Assembly: GCA_963842085.1 (NCBI GenBank)
Contig: CAWJET010000002.1
Span: forward strand, 1,248,001 to 1,312,000
DNA: 64,000 nucleotides
Direction of reading: 5' to 3'
Origin: an uncultured delta proteobacterium
Lineage (GTDB): Bacteria > Desulfobacterota > Binatia > Binatales > Binataceae
In this document: one piece after another, positions 52,681 to 63,491 of the stretch
Layout of the letters: every line of letters begins with the position of its first letter
How positions within the stretch are numbered: position 1 is the first letter of the stretch
Program-made: the position numbers and the translations under genes
Notes under the pieces: generated by a model
Seen by the model: the letters and a program-made list of their open reading frames with translations, nothing else
What the model was told of the DNA's origin: nothing
The model's database searches: none

Positions 52681-53664
52681 ATGCGACCGGTAAAGTTCAA
52701 TGTTGGACTACCCAACGGCGATTTTGCAAACATCTCAACCTTTGCCAAGCGCGCCGAAGAGCTCGGCTATTATTCGATTTCGATCGACGACCACTTTTTC
52801 ATGCGAAACATGTTCGGAACTCCGGACCTGCCGCATCTCGAGTGCTACACGGTGCTTGCGGCCCTCGCGACGGCGACCCGAACGATTCGGCTTGCGCCGC
52901 TGGTCACCGCGATGTCGTATCGCACGCCCCAGCTGCTCGCGAAGATTATCGCCACGCTGGATAACATCTCCGGGGGCCGACTGATTGCAGGGCTCGGCGC
53001 GGGTTGGTTCAAGGAAGAGTACGATGCCTACAACTATCCATACCCGTCGAATGCTGAGCGGATGGAACAACTCGCCGACGGCATTAAGGTGCTGAAGGCG
53101 ATGTGGACCCAGGAGGCCGCGACTTACTCCGGCCGCTTTTTCAAAGTTCAGAAAGCTTTCTGCAATCCCAAGCCAGTGCAGAAACCCTACCCGCCGATCA
53201 TGATCGGCGGCGGTGGCAAGCGGATTCTGCAGATTGCCGCCCAGGAAGCTGACATCCTGAATCTGAACCCACCCGTAACCGAGGGCGTGGTCAATCTCAC
53301 CGAGGCGTTCAAGTTCGACAAGCCCGAGGTCAAGCGCCGGATCGCGATGGTCAAGGAGTTCGTGAAGGCCGCGGGCCGCCAGCCCGACGCTCTGGAGATT
53401 TCGGGTGGCGGCTTCGTCATCGCAGCGAAGGACAAAGCGACCGCCGATGTGATGATCTTGGCGACCGCGCAGGCGGTCGGAATCGCCGACGTCGAGGCGG
53501 CGCGAAACTCACCGCTGGTACTGGCCGGCACTTTCGAAGACCTCAAGCGCGAGCTCGCATGGCGGGTGGAGAACTTCGAGATGACCTATTACTTCCTGAA
53601 CTTCCAATCGGTCGACGCGATGGAGACGTTCGCAAAGGAAGTAATGCCGTCGTTCGCGCGCTGA
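52681..53664 (+). CDS. LLM-class flavin/F420-dependent oxidoreductase
   Basis: AEELGY.SI...DHF, L.ALA..T..IRL, YR.P.LLAK..ATLD.ISGGR...GLGAGW, PKPVQKP.PPIMIGGGG. Confidence 0.93.
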   Translation: MRPVKFNVGLPNGDFANISTFAKRAEELGYYSISIDDHFFMRNMFGTPDLPHLECYTVLAALATATRTIRLAPLVTAMSYRTPQLLAKIIATLDNISGGRLIAGLGAGWFKEEYDAYNYPYPSNAERMEQLADGIKVLKAMWTQEAATYSGRFFKVQKAFCNPKPVQKPYPPIMIGGGGKRILQIAAQEADILNLNPPVTEGVVNLTEAFKFDKPEVKRRIAMVKEFVKAAGRQPDALEISGGGFVIAAKDKATADVMILATAQAVGIADVEAARNSPLVLAGTFEDLKRELAWRVENFEMTYYFLNFQSVDAMETFAKEVMPSFAR

Positions 53665-54094
53665 GGCTCTTACGATGATGGTGGCGTCCACGATGATTCC
53701 CGAGCGCAGCAACAGCCCGCGCTCTTCGGGAGCCCAGAGGGCTAACGACCGAGCGCGGATTGCGACTCCGACGATACAAGATGTTGCGGAAGTCGAGGCC
53801 CCGGCGACACAGGGGGGGCGAACCAGATAATACGGCATCGCTAGAGCTCTTGTGGGTATTCGCGTCACGCACAGTTGACACAGCAGCACGCGATAAGAAA
53901 AATAACGGCTTAGTCGAAGCGGCGCTTAGTGCCTGCGCGTCTGTACGTCGTCGTCGGTACATCGTAGGTTCCTCAGCCTGACGTTTTCTTCTTACCTGGA
54001 ATCCTGTTTGCCGCCGGACCAGGGGCTTTTGCTGGGTTGCGCCGTCGCCTTCTTGGATGGGCGGGTTGGACCGAAGATCCGTGCGAGCAATTAA

Positions 54095-55198
54095 ATGTCG
54101 CGGCCACGGAACAATCTAGAGGAAATCTTGCTCAGACACTTCTGGGCGTCGGAGCGGGATATCAAGCAGGCACGCCGATGCCGCAAACCCGGACAGAGCC
54201 TCGTCGATGCTCTGATAGAGACCGGATCGGTCAGCTCGCGGCATTTGGCGGGCGCACTGGCCCGCATGTATCGGCTTCCGTTCCAGGCGGAAGTAGATGA
54301 AGCCGCAATTGATAAGGCGCTACTCACGAGAATTTCAATTAAGTACGCGCAACGGAACCGGATCCTGCCGTTTGGAATCGATGGAACGAGTCTTATCGTC
54401 GCGATCGCCGATCCCTCAAATTACCATGCGCCCGATGACCTCAGTGTCCTTTTTTGCCTACCCGTGCACTCAATCGTGGTGCCCTTCGATCTCCTCGACC
54501 ACCTCATCGCCCGCTCCTATGATGCCGTTTTCAATGATCGGATTACTCTGACGGCACAGGGCCCAATCACCGTCCTCGATGAGCAGGAACTCGAGGCTGT
54601 GGCGGGCGAGTTTTTCCAGCAACCATTCGATGAAATACTCGAAGAAGATCCTCGGTTAATCAGGCTGGTTAACGCTCTCTTCCGGAGAGCAATCAACGAA
54701 CACGCCAGCCAAATCCTGATCGAACCCGGCGAGCAGAATCTGCTGGTGCGCTTCCGGACCGAAGCGGCTCCATACAACGTGATGTCAGCTCCAAAGTGCC
54801 TGGCACCCGCCTTTGTCTCGCGTATCAAGGCCATGGCAGGACTGAAAATGACAGAGGGGCGAAATCCGCTGGAGGGTGACATTCGGCTGTGCATCGCGGG
54901 ACGCATTATGTGTGCACGCCTCTCCCTCTACTCTGAGTCATGTGTCGAACAAGTGATCGTGCGACTTGACAAACGTCCCCAGCAGCATTTGCTTGGCGTA
55001 ATCGATGACTTTGCAGATGCTGTATGGGGACTGGCAACGAATGGGAACGGAGTCTTGAAGCCCCTAGCTTGTTCACAATGCGGTGCGTCGATTGTGGTTG
55101 CCGCCGCGGTGTTCTGCAAAAATTGCGGAGCGCGGGTGAGGGACACATCCGGTTCGGCTAAAACCTGTGGTCCGCAAAAACGTTTCGCTTCGACTTGA
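54095..55198 (+). CDS. GspE/PilB N-terminal domains plus zinc ribbon, lacking the ATPase domain
   Basis: T2SSE_N-like (LARMYRLPF, ILPF, LIVAIADP), N2 region (IRLVN.L...AI...ASQI.IEP...VRFR, VSRIKAMAGL...E.R.P.EG), then CSQC...FCKNCG; no Walker A. Confidence 0.75.
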   Translation: MSRPRNNLEEILLRHFWASERDIKQARRCRKPGQSLVDALIETGSVSSRHLAGALARMYRLPFQAEVDEAAIDKALLTRISIKYAQRNRILPFGIDGTSLIVAIADPSNYHAPDDLSVLFCLPVHSIVVPFDLLDHLIARSYDAVFNDRITLTAQGPITVLDEQELEAVAGEFFQQPFDEILEEDPRLIRLVNALFRRAINEHASQILIEPGEQNLLVRFRTEAAPYNVMSAPKCLAPAFVSRIKAMAGLKMTEGRNPLEGDIRLCIAGRIMCARLSLYSESCVEQVIVRLDKRPQQHLLGVIDDFADAVWGLATNGNGVLKPLACSQCGASIVVAAAVFCKNCGARVRDTSGSAKTCGPQKRFAST

Positions 55199-55261
55199 AG
55201 CCCGCATAGCTTTTAGCGATTTTACGGATACAGGGTCGACGACGGGGGGGCTTCTTGCATC

Positions 55262-55385
55262 ATGAGCAGAGGGCTTAGTTGGCTGAGGATCCTGGGTGAT
55301 CTAGTCGACTTTCTCTTTCTCGGCTTGCGCTCCAGAACTTCGCTCGCGAGAATCTGTTCCTGCGCAAGCAACTCGCATTCTATCT
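55262..55385 (+). mobile_element. 5' stub of an rve/integrase-core transposase
   Basis: LRSRTSLA | ENLFLRKQLAFY, frameshifted. Confidence 0.6.
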
Positions 55386-55479
55386 ATAACAACGCTGAGA
55401 AACGCTGGACTGGCAGTGTTCACCGACTAAACCCAATTCCCTTATAGCTCACGCGCGGCGAAAATCTGACTCGCCATAG

Positions 55480-55919
55480 CTATTCTGAAGAGTCGGTTTG
55501 CGATGGAGAGACACGAAACAGGTGAGACCTGTCGTAGCACGACGCTTTTGCGAGCGCATTAGCTTTCTCAGGTGTGATATCTGAAGCGGCATAAGCCTCT
55601 GTCACTATCGTGCGCATTATGCTTCTGCCATGCTCGGTAAATTCGGGATTCGTGTTGATGTCGCTGATTTCTTTCTGCTCTGGAACGCCACTATGGGCGG
55701 CCACCACAATGCTCCCAGCGTACGTGCCGAATCCTCACATGTATGAGGTACTTTGTCCGGGTCGCGAGCGGGCATGGCTGGTGTCGCCGCCATCGCAGCG
55801 CGAAACCGCGCAGCGAAGTCTGCCGATACCGATGGGGCCGCGTCCGCTTGGCACCTCGCTGGGACGGCGAGACCTAGGACGAGCATCAAGGTCATCGGTG
55901 ATATGATCCGCGTACGCAT
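55480..55919 (-). pseudogene. Secreted protein, frameshift near 55705 (paralog family with 2158-2544)
   Basis: Signal peptide in one frame; C-terminal half GVPEQKEI...IVTEAY....TPEKA......SC in another. Confidence 0.55.
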
Positions 55920-56188
55920 TTTGGTTGGATTTCCCGGTCGAGCAGGACCGTATTCTGCTCTATCGCCCGCCTTATCGACTTTTTCGCCCTGATGGGAGCC
56001 GGACTTCAGCCACCCTCCATTCACGGCGATATACTACCAGATTTTGAAATTACCAGTGATTTTCGGCAGGGTTCAGACAATACGCTAGGAGCGCGTGATG
56101 CGGCTGTTCGCCAAATCGAATTGTGCGCGCTGCACTGCCAAATCGTCATCGAGCGCTTGGTATTTGTCAACGGCGAAACGATGATTCG

Positions 56189-56875
56189 ATGTTTAGACGA
56201 TTCGTCGTGTCGTCGTTGTCGAGGACAGCAGCACCCGCTATTCTGTCTTGCCAGTCGTCAACGTCTTACCCGGATGCGCCGATGCCACAACGTGATAAGA
56301 GCCGCCACTGGTTAGGCGAGCTATTTCCAAAAGTCGCCGTCCGTGTGGGGCGCACGCCCGAAGAGCGCCTGGCTTGGCTGCTCGAGTTTGCCGAGCGGCG
56401 GTCGGATGTGAGGGGTCAGACCGTTGACTCCGAGGAGCTGCTCGCGGAGATCGCGGCCTTCGCGATCGCCGAGGGCTGGCACACGCGACTCGATGCCCGG
56501 CCCTCGTTGAGCCGAAGCGATGTCGAACAGCTGATTCTCGACGTACGCGGCGGCCTCCGTAACCTCACCGCGGACCCGCCGCGCCCGTGGGAGTTCCGAA
56601 CGGCCGGCCGCAACCTGACGTGGTCCGTCCAGCGCGATCCCGTCGGTCGCGCGATCGTATTTCAGAGCGGCGACCTGGCCGACGTCTTCATCTGGCAGGC
56701 TCATCGGCTTGTTACGCTTGCGCTCGAGGCGCTTGGTGCGTGTAGACGCTGCAGCCGGCTGTTCGTAATTCGGCGCCGGGGCCAAGTCTACTGCTCGAAC
56801 ACTTGCTCGCAAGCCGTGCGCAATGCGCGTTTCCAGGCCGCGCGAGGCGGCATCGGCCGAGCGAACCACAAATGA
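56189..56875 (+). CDS. CGNR zinc-finger-like protein (phage/ICE type)
   Basis: ERLAWLLEFA; C-terminal LGACRRCSRLF..RRRGQVYCSNTCSQ..R..RF; start uncertain. Confidence 0.7.
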   Translation: MFRRFVVSSLSRTAAPAILSCQSSTSYPDAPMPQRDKSRHWLGELFPKVAVRVGRTPEERLAWLLEFAERRSDVRGQTVDSEELLAEIAAFAIAEGWHTRLDARPSLSRSDVEQLILDVRGGLRNLTADPPRPWEFRTAGRNLTWSVQRDPVGRAIVFQSGDLADVFIWQAHRLVTLALEALGACRRCSRLFVIRRRGQVYCSNTCSQAVRNARFQAARGGIGRANHK

Positions 56876-57170
56876 TCCGAGGCATTTGTGCGTGCTGAAA
56901 ATTCCGAATGCGGTGTGGTTCGCCGCACAGGTTGTCTATCCTCGCTGGAAACATCCAGTGAATGGAAACCTCATCGCGTGTGACGCAATGAAGCTTTGAA
57001 CGGCGCCGCGTCGCCGCGCACCGAGCTCCATCACACGCGCTGCGAGGCTTCGAGCCGCGGAGATCCCACCGCTAGGTCGTAGCGCAGCCAGCCGGCCTTG
57101 GCCGGTTCTTACCCCCTCATTCCATCGGCTTCTGTCGGACAAAGGAAAATGGCAGAGATTGGCCGTTTTC

Positions 57171-57224
57171 GGACCGAACGAGCCGAACCGAGGGTTCGAA
57201 TCCGCCCCGCTCCGACAGCCAGTC
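57171..57224 (+). repeat. tRNA 3'-half-like (att-like) fragment
   Basis: GAGGGTTCGAATCC T-loop, then gccccgctccgacagccagtc; no 5' half. Confidence 0.6.
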
Positions 57225-57463
57225 CGCGATTTCTGCGTTCTCTGCAGAAAAAATGATGATAGTTCGCATTTTCGCGCACTTTCTTCGACCTGAGGGCACC
57301 GGAGAAGATTAGTTTTGGCCATTAGCCTATGACTAACTCCCGATTCTCTCTGTCGAGAACCGAGCCGTTGTCCTTTGCCCCATCATCCGCCCACATCGCC
57401 AGTTGCGTTACCGATGCGCGCGATCTATATCCCAAGAAAATCAAGAAAGCGGAGGACGGAACC

Positions 57464-57871
57464 ATGGCGCTCAAGGGCGGATGCCTCTGTGGAAATGTCC
57501 GGTATGAGATCGACATGAAGCCCGGCGAGGGTCAGGCGGCCAACTGTCACTGTTCGATGTGCCGCAAACAGACTGGCGCAGCTTTCTTTCCTGCGATGGT
57601 GGTGCCGGCGAAGAAGCTCAAGTGGATCAAAGGCGAGAACCAGACAGGACGCTACAAGTCATCGGCTGAGGGCGTGCGTTTCTTCTGCAAGAACTGCGGC
57701 TCGACACTGGGTGCCGGATCAGGCGATCCGAACGGTGATTTCTACCTGGCTATGGGCACGCTTGAAAACGATCCTGGGATCAAGCCCTCGAGCCACATGT
57801 TCGCCGGCTCCAAGGCCCCTTGGTACGACATCGCCGACAAGCAGCCACAGTTCAAGGAGTTCCCAAGCTGA
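57464..57871 (+). CDS. GFA family protein
   Basis: GGCLCGNVRY, NCHCSMCRK, RFFCKNCGS, HMFAGSKAPW; GGAGG RBS. Confidence 0.93.
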   Translation: MALKGGCLCGNVRYEIDMKPGEGQAANCHCSMCRKQTGAAFFPAMVVPAKKLKWIKGENQTGRYKSSAEGVRFFCKNCGSTLGAGSGDPNGDFYLAMGTLENDPGIKPSSHMFAGSKAPWYDIADKQPQFKEFPS

Positions 57872-57951
57872 GGCCGGACCTCCGAATCGCCAGTAGCTCT
57901 TTCCGGAAGACAGTCCGCCAATCCCGCGATCGTGTTCTTTTGAGGCATCGT

Positions 57952-58653
57952 ATGGGCAGTGTCCTCAATGATCAGAAGCTCGAGGAGTTGATAGATCGCT
58001 TGCATCGTCAGAGCGCGGACCAGGTCCCCGGCATCGCAGAATATTTTGGACGCAGTTCTCCCGAAGGTGGGCCTGTCAAGCTGGACGAAGACGAGATCAG
58101 GAAATTCCTAAGCGACAAGCTAGTCGCGCTTGAACGCGACAAGGCGGAGTTCTGCTATCTGCTCTGCCGTGCTCTTAATGCGAAGAGGATCGTCGAAGTA
58201 GGTACGTCATATGGCGTCTCGACGCTCTATCTTGCGGCCGCATTACGCGACAATCTGCGTCTGACCGATCAGAAGGGCGTTGTGATCGCGACCGAGTATG
58301 AGCCGAACAAAGCGAGTGCCGCGCGCGCCAACTTTGCCAAGGCAGGGCTCTCAGACTTCATCGACCTGCGCGAGGGCGATTTGCGCGAGACGTTGAAAGA
58401 CGTCCGCGGTAGCGTTGATTTTGCTTTGATGGATATCTGGCCGCAGATGGCGCGTCCCGCGCTCGAGCTCATCGCTCCGCGTTTGCGTGCTGGGTCCGTG
58501 ATCATTTGCGACAATACCAAAGATTATCGCGATACTCCCGCATACATCCCAAACTACCGCGACTATTTCGAGTTCATCTCCGACCCGGCGAACCGCTTCA
58601 ACACTATGACGTTGCCGTTCCAGGGCGGTTTGGAACTAACCATCAGACTCTAG
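57952..58653 (+). CDS. O-methyltransferase (class I SAM)
   Basis: AKRIVEVGTSYGVSTLYLAAA, ATEYEP.KA, REGDLRETL, VDFALMDIW, ICDN. Confidence 0.92.
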   Translation: MGSVLNDQKLEELIDRLHRQSADQVPGIAEYFGRSSPEGGPVKLDEDEIRKFLSDKLVALERDKAEFCYLLCRALNAKRIVEVGTSYGVSTLYLAAALRDNLRLTDQKGVVIATEYEPNKASAARANFAKAGLSDFIDLREGDLRETLKDVRGSVDFALMDIWPQMARPALELIAPRLRAGSVIICDNTKDYRDTPAYIPNYRDYFEFISDPANRFNTMTLPFQGGLELTIRL

Positions 58654-58740
58654 TCGGTGTGCCGCCCCGCCGCGACGACGCAGCCGGGCGGCCCGAGGAA
58701 TCCCAGATGAAGCTTTCAGCCACGCGAAGACGGTAACAGC

Positions 58741-58780
58741 AGAAGCAGGGATCGAACAACAGAAGCAGGGATCGAACAAC
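58741..58780. repeat. Perfect 20-bp tandem duplication
   Basis: agaagcagggatcgaacaac x2. Confidence 0.85.
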
Positions 58781-58926
58781 GCAAAATCTCGAATGTGAGT
58801 TCCCAGGGGAATGCTTGCCGGACTGAATCCCGGCTATCTAGCTGGAGCAATTGGCGGTCGCGGCTCAACAGGCTGGGGAAAGAACCCCGAATAGTCACAA
58901 ATGTTTCTTTCATCCCTAGCGCGGCG

Positions 58927-59325
58927 CTACGTGGCCAATTCCTCGAGCAGCGCCTTGGCGTCCTTCAGGTCGGCGGTGTCGAAGCCTTCGGTGAACCAGT
59001 TGTAGATGTCCGCGAGCATCGCGTGCGCCTCGTCGCGCTTGTGCTGTTTCGCGAGCAGGCGCGCGAGACTCGTCGTCGCGCGCAGCTCGAAAAGTTTCGC
59101 GCTCTGTCTGCGAGCTGCTTCGATTGCCGACCTGAATGATCGCCCGGCTTCCAAGTAGTTGCCTTCATCTTGCACGAGCAAGGCCTCGCCGCTGAGGCGC
59201 CAAAGTTCGGCTTCCATCCGCCGTTCTCCGACCTTGTTCGCAGTTGCCAATCCGCGTTGCGCCCACATGAGAGCCTCAGCGGCAAGTTCTCCCCTCAAGT
59301 AAGAGTCCGATAGGACGAAACAATG
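58927..59325 (-). pseudogene. Adenylate-cyclase/TPR 3' fragment
   Basis: EAELWRL.GE.LL...ELRATTSLARLL...[24 protein letters not shown]; truncated at the palindromic element. Confidence 0.85.
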
Positions 59326-59329
59326 GAAC

Positions 59330-59381
59330 GTGTGTGTGGCGAATTGCTGATTTTGGGAAAATTAGTAATTCGCCACACACA
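59330..59381. repeat. ~50-bp palindromic element (copy 2)
   Basis: gtgtgtggcgaattgctgattttgggaaaattagtaattcgccacacac. Confidence 0.8.
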
Positions 59382-59492
59382 GGTATTTTCGTCCACTTTG
59401 CGCTGATGCTTCCCACGCTCGTCTCTCTCGACACACCGATCGGTGATCGTCGTGATTGTTGCTGATTTTTGTTGGCAAGTGTCGCGATGGGG

Positions 59493-60119
59493 TCAGAAAC
59501 CCATCCGGCGCTCGCCTTCAGGAGCGTGCGGGGAGCAATGGAAGTGCCACATCTTCCAGACCGGGTTGCCCTGGTGATCTTCGCGGACGAACACCTCGGT
59601 GGTGCGAAACGGAATTCGCATCACACTGCCCGGCCCGCTGAGCAGCGACGATTCAGAATCCGAACTTGGCAGCACTTTGACCGTGAAAGTCGACTCCGCG
59701 GTCAGAAATGCCATATCGCCGCGAATGATCAGCCTCATGTCTCGCGGCTCAGCCATCGCCGGCTCACCCGCGTCGCTCTCCGATAGCGGCGTCATCACGT
59801 GACCGAGGTATTTCCAGAGCTGCACCCATTCATCGATCGCGTAATAAGTGTGACCATTGAGGTTGAAGCCATGAAACTTGTCGCCGCCGACAAATGCCTC
59901 GCACATCATCGCGATGCTGAAATTGCGATTCGCGTCCCACCACTTCCTGGAAACGGTGAGAATCTCCTTGCGATCCTTTTCGACATCGCGCAGCGGGTCG
60001 CGTGCCGCGGGTTTCGCGATCCTGTGAGCTTTCGGCCGTTTCGAAGGCTTCGCGCGCTTTACGACTTTCGTCGGTTTGAACGCTTTTCCCTTCTTTCTGG
60101 GCTTCAATGCCATCTCCAC
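59493..60119 (-). CDS. NTF2/SnoaL-like fold protein with Lys-rich N-terminal extension
   Basis: WWDAN, FNLNGHTY, IRGDMAF, FRTTEVF.R.....WKMWHFHCS. Confidence 0.75.
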   Translation of the reverse strand: MEMALKPRKKGKAFKPTKVVKRAKPSKRPKAHRIAKPAARDPLRDVEKDRKEILTVSRKWWDANRNFSIAMMCEAFVGGDKFHGFNLNGHTYYAIDEWVQLWKYLGHVMTPLSESDAGEPAMAEPRDMRLIIRGDMAFLTAESTFTVKVLPSSDSESSLLSGPGSVMRIPFRTTEVFVREDHQGNPVWKMWHFHCSPHAPEGERRMGF

Positions 60120-60512
60120 TTCCGCGATTGAGGCCGACTATCCCTATTTCAAATCGACATCCGGCGTCTTCTCCGGCGAGCCTTACTACGTTCGATGGGG
60201 GTTCGACAAGCCGCGCGTATTCGCGCGGCGATGAGATTGCGAGGGTAGTTGCAACAGCGAGACTTAGCTTTTTCGTGACCACTAATCTGCATCAACATCG
60301 GACTCGGATATCAATCTGTTCGTGTTCCATCAGCGTCCGCTTCGTACTCAATGACAACATCGAGTCGATTCAAGCCGCTTGAATTTCGGGAAGTCGCGTC
60401 GAAGTGTTCGCCTCCACGATGACTCACTTCTCACGAGTTGCGACAACCATTCGTGCCCGCGGCCGCCCTTTGCGACCATCTCCATCGGCCCAGCGCCGGA
60501 GCCGGGTCGGGA

Positions 60513-62382
60513 TCAGGGAATCGGACAGCTGCGTGCCAACGCGAACCTTGCTGAGAGCATTTTGCCCTGACCTAAGCTGAAGTCGTATTTGAAGCGAACA
60601 TCGTAGGAACCATTTTCGAAGATGGGACCCAGAAATTGTAGTGTGCGACCCGGGTCGAGGTCGAGATAGTACGGGGCGTTGTTGAACTGTCCGCCGCTCG
60701 CGGGATGACGCGTTACGGCGACGCTGCCGGCGGTCGGTCGGCCTTGGTAATCGATTACCGCAACAATCATTCCATCGGTGCGGTAGCGCGTTGTAGGACA
60801 CCCGTCGGTTCCTGTGATCGTCGATTCCGGCCGGAAGCTTCGCTCGCGACCCCTGTCCGGTCACCGAGCCGTCCACAAACGCGAACCCGGTCAGGCTGGC
60901 GTTCGCGTCGGCGCTGGCAGAGAAGGACCGTGTCGCATCAGACACCTGCATCAACGGATATTTCATGTTGATCGTCAGATTCAGCGTGCCGGTTCTGTAG
61001 GGAAACTTCGCCGCGTCGTAGCTGGGTAGTCCGAAGGGAGCGTTGGGGTTATTCGATAGTCCAACGCCCTCGCGCGGAGTGCCGTTCGGGTTCAGCTCGA
61101 GCACATGGGTGCTGTCCTCGTCGTGAAACACCAGGATCGCGTAAGATCCGGGGTCTTGACTCTCGAAGTCACATGCGGCGCGTCGATTGGTGATCGTCGA
61201 CGCAGTGCTCGCAGCGTTCCCGTCGGTGTTCGAGGGGAAGTTTTGGGCCGACTGAAACAGCTGGCAATAGACCTGCCCCCGGTTGTTTCGCAGCCCTGCG
61301 ATTTCGACGTGGATCAGGTTGTCGGATTGACCTCCTTCCTCCTCTTGGTCGGAGTTGGAAAGTCTCGCGTCGTTTTGATCTGGCAACTCTGCTAGAACCA
61401 CACCCTCCTCGTCGAGGGCCGAATCGATGACCCATTCGGTGCCGAAGACCCCGATGCCACCGCCGGCATATGAGCCGCGGCCATACTTTTCGAGATGCGC
61501 GCTTTTGATCCGCATGCCGCGCAGCCCTTTCGCTCGCAGTTTGGCAACCGCGGCGGGCAGATCCATAAAGCTGGTAGGCAACGCGCGTTGATCGCGCGGA
61601 TCGGCGCTGGAGCCAGGCATCAACTCGCTGGCGGGCGAATTAGGCATAAAGGTGAGCGTCTGCTGCTGTCCGGGAGAGTAGAAGAGGAACTGCACCATCA
61701 CACCCCCCTCCGGGGACTGCGCGTTGCTGAGGTCGGAAGTCCGCTCCAACTGGATCGACGTCAGGAAGGCGTCGGGTTGCCATTTGCTGCGAACGTACGC
61801 GACTGCACGCTGCGCGATCGCCGGCACGTCGCCCATCGGCCATTGGATTTGCCCCGGAAGCACCTGGCTTGCGGCCGCGCTCCGCATTGGGGTCTCGGAC
61901 GAACTGCGGGTCCATTCGATATCGGCGCCGAGGGCGGTTCGGGTCGTCATATGTTTGCTGCCTTCGAGGCGAAACGCTCCGACCATCCCCGAGATGCTGC
62001 CTCCCATGATCATGAGCGTGCCGCTGTCCTTGCCGGTCACGTAAAGGTTCGGCGCAAAGGTGCCGTTTGGTGCGCTTGTGATCGTGCCCTGCTGACCCGT
62101 CAGCGGCATCGGGCACGAATCGCCGTAGGCGATCTGCCCCGTACCGCCAATTTCCATCACGCATTGCTGACGCTGGCCGCCCGGGTTGGAAATTTCCGCC
62201 TGCCATCGGCCCACGGTCGTATTCTTCGTCGACGCCGATGGCGCCGATGGATCAGACCCGGAATGGCACGCCCAGAGGCCGCCAGCGATCACGATCGCGA
62301 GACCAAAGCGTACGATCGCGCTCACTCGGGACGATCGGGGTCGGCGTAGGACTGAATGTGCGATGAACGCGTGATCTCTCAT
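60513..62382 (-). CDS. Lipoprotein with DUF2141 domain; probable frameshift near 60800
   Basis: Lipobox LWAC; IHVEIAGLRNNRGQV...YAILVFHDED...PREGVGLSNN (DUF2141). The given frame turns shadow-like after ~60830 while 60513-60770 looks like the true C-terminus. Confidence 0.7.
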
Positions 62383-62794
62383 TGTCGAGGTCCTCAGCTC
62401 CTGCGATAGCCGATGAGCGCCGCTCTCGGTCAGCGCCTTCAGAGACAGTAATCTTGTAGGCATTGAGAAATCTACGCCCGGTTCCGAAGCGAGTCGGCAT
62501 GGAGACCTCGGCGGCGGCGCGCGTAGTGCGGCTCACTTCTCGTAATGTCGAAGTCCTGAAGCAAATGATCCCGTTGACATCGAATCCATTCCGCTCCAGC
62601 AGCCAGTCCGCCGCTAACCAGATTCTCCGGGGACGCGTACGTGTACGGCGGGGAACTCCCGACGCCCGTCGTGGTCGCCCGACGGTCGCTACATCGCGTT
62701 CAGTTCGATTTGCGGCGGGCCGGTCGCGCATTCATTTATTGGCGGTGTAGATTGAAAGGATGCAACTACCAGTCTTTCGCGAGAGGAGGAAAGC

Positions 62795-63229
62795 ATGCAA
62801 AAGTTCCTGATCGTCTCACTCTTCGGTCTCACGGCACTGATCGGATTCTCAACTCGCGTCGTGGCCGAAGGCGCTCTGGCCATCGGCTCGACTGGTAACG
62901 TTGTGGCGGATGGAGTTGCAATCGGTGGAAGTGTTAACGATCCAACGCGCGAAGGGGCAATCGCGGCAGCACTTGAGAAGTGTCGTTCGCAACCCGACGT
63001 CCAGAAAGCAGCGGCGCGATGCAAGATCGTGCGGACGTTCACGGGGAAGTGTTACGCGGCAGCATTTGATCCCAAGTCCGGCACACCCGGCGCAGGCTGG
63101 GGGCTCGGACCGGACGTGGCGGACGCCACGAGACAGGCGATGACACATTGCCGGGCGACAGCGGGAAAGGATCGCGCGCAATTTTGTCGAATACAGGAAA
63201 ATATCACAGCCTGTGATCGACACAACTAA
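62795..63229 (+). CDS. DUF4189 secreted protein
   Basis: Signal peptide, GALAIG, A..AALEKC...C.....F...C.A.A....G.GWG....A...AM..C; GAGGAG RBS. Confidence 0.85.
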   Translation: MQKFLIVSLFGLTALIGFSTRVVAEGALAIGSTGNVVADGVAIGGSVNDPTREGAIAAALEKCRSQPDVQKAAARCKIVRTFTGKCYAAAFDPKSGTPGAGWGLGPDVADATRQAMTHCRATAGKDRAQFCRIQENITACDRHN

Positions 63230-63491
63230 CGCGAAAGTGACCCACTCGGTTGGGCTGGCGCTCGTCACTTCCGACAACTGCGACCGCGCACGTTATGTGG
63301 TGAAGCCCGGCTAAAACGGCCGGTCGCCGTTGATCGTCACTCGCTCCAGACGGCGTTCGGCGGCGCTGTTGTCGCCAAACGGCCCGATGCGTCGTGCATC
63401 TGTTGTCCTACATCGCGACGGAGTTCGCGCTCCAGCGAAAGCAGCAGGTGAAATGCGATCTCTGGGGTCCGGAGAATCGTTGAAGATCGCT

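Noticed and set aside
57150-57230. Functional tRNA gene
   Set aside because: Only a T-loop-like 3' part; no D or anticodon arm and no pairing acceptor stem
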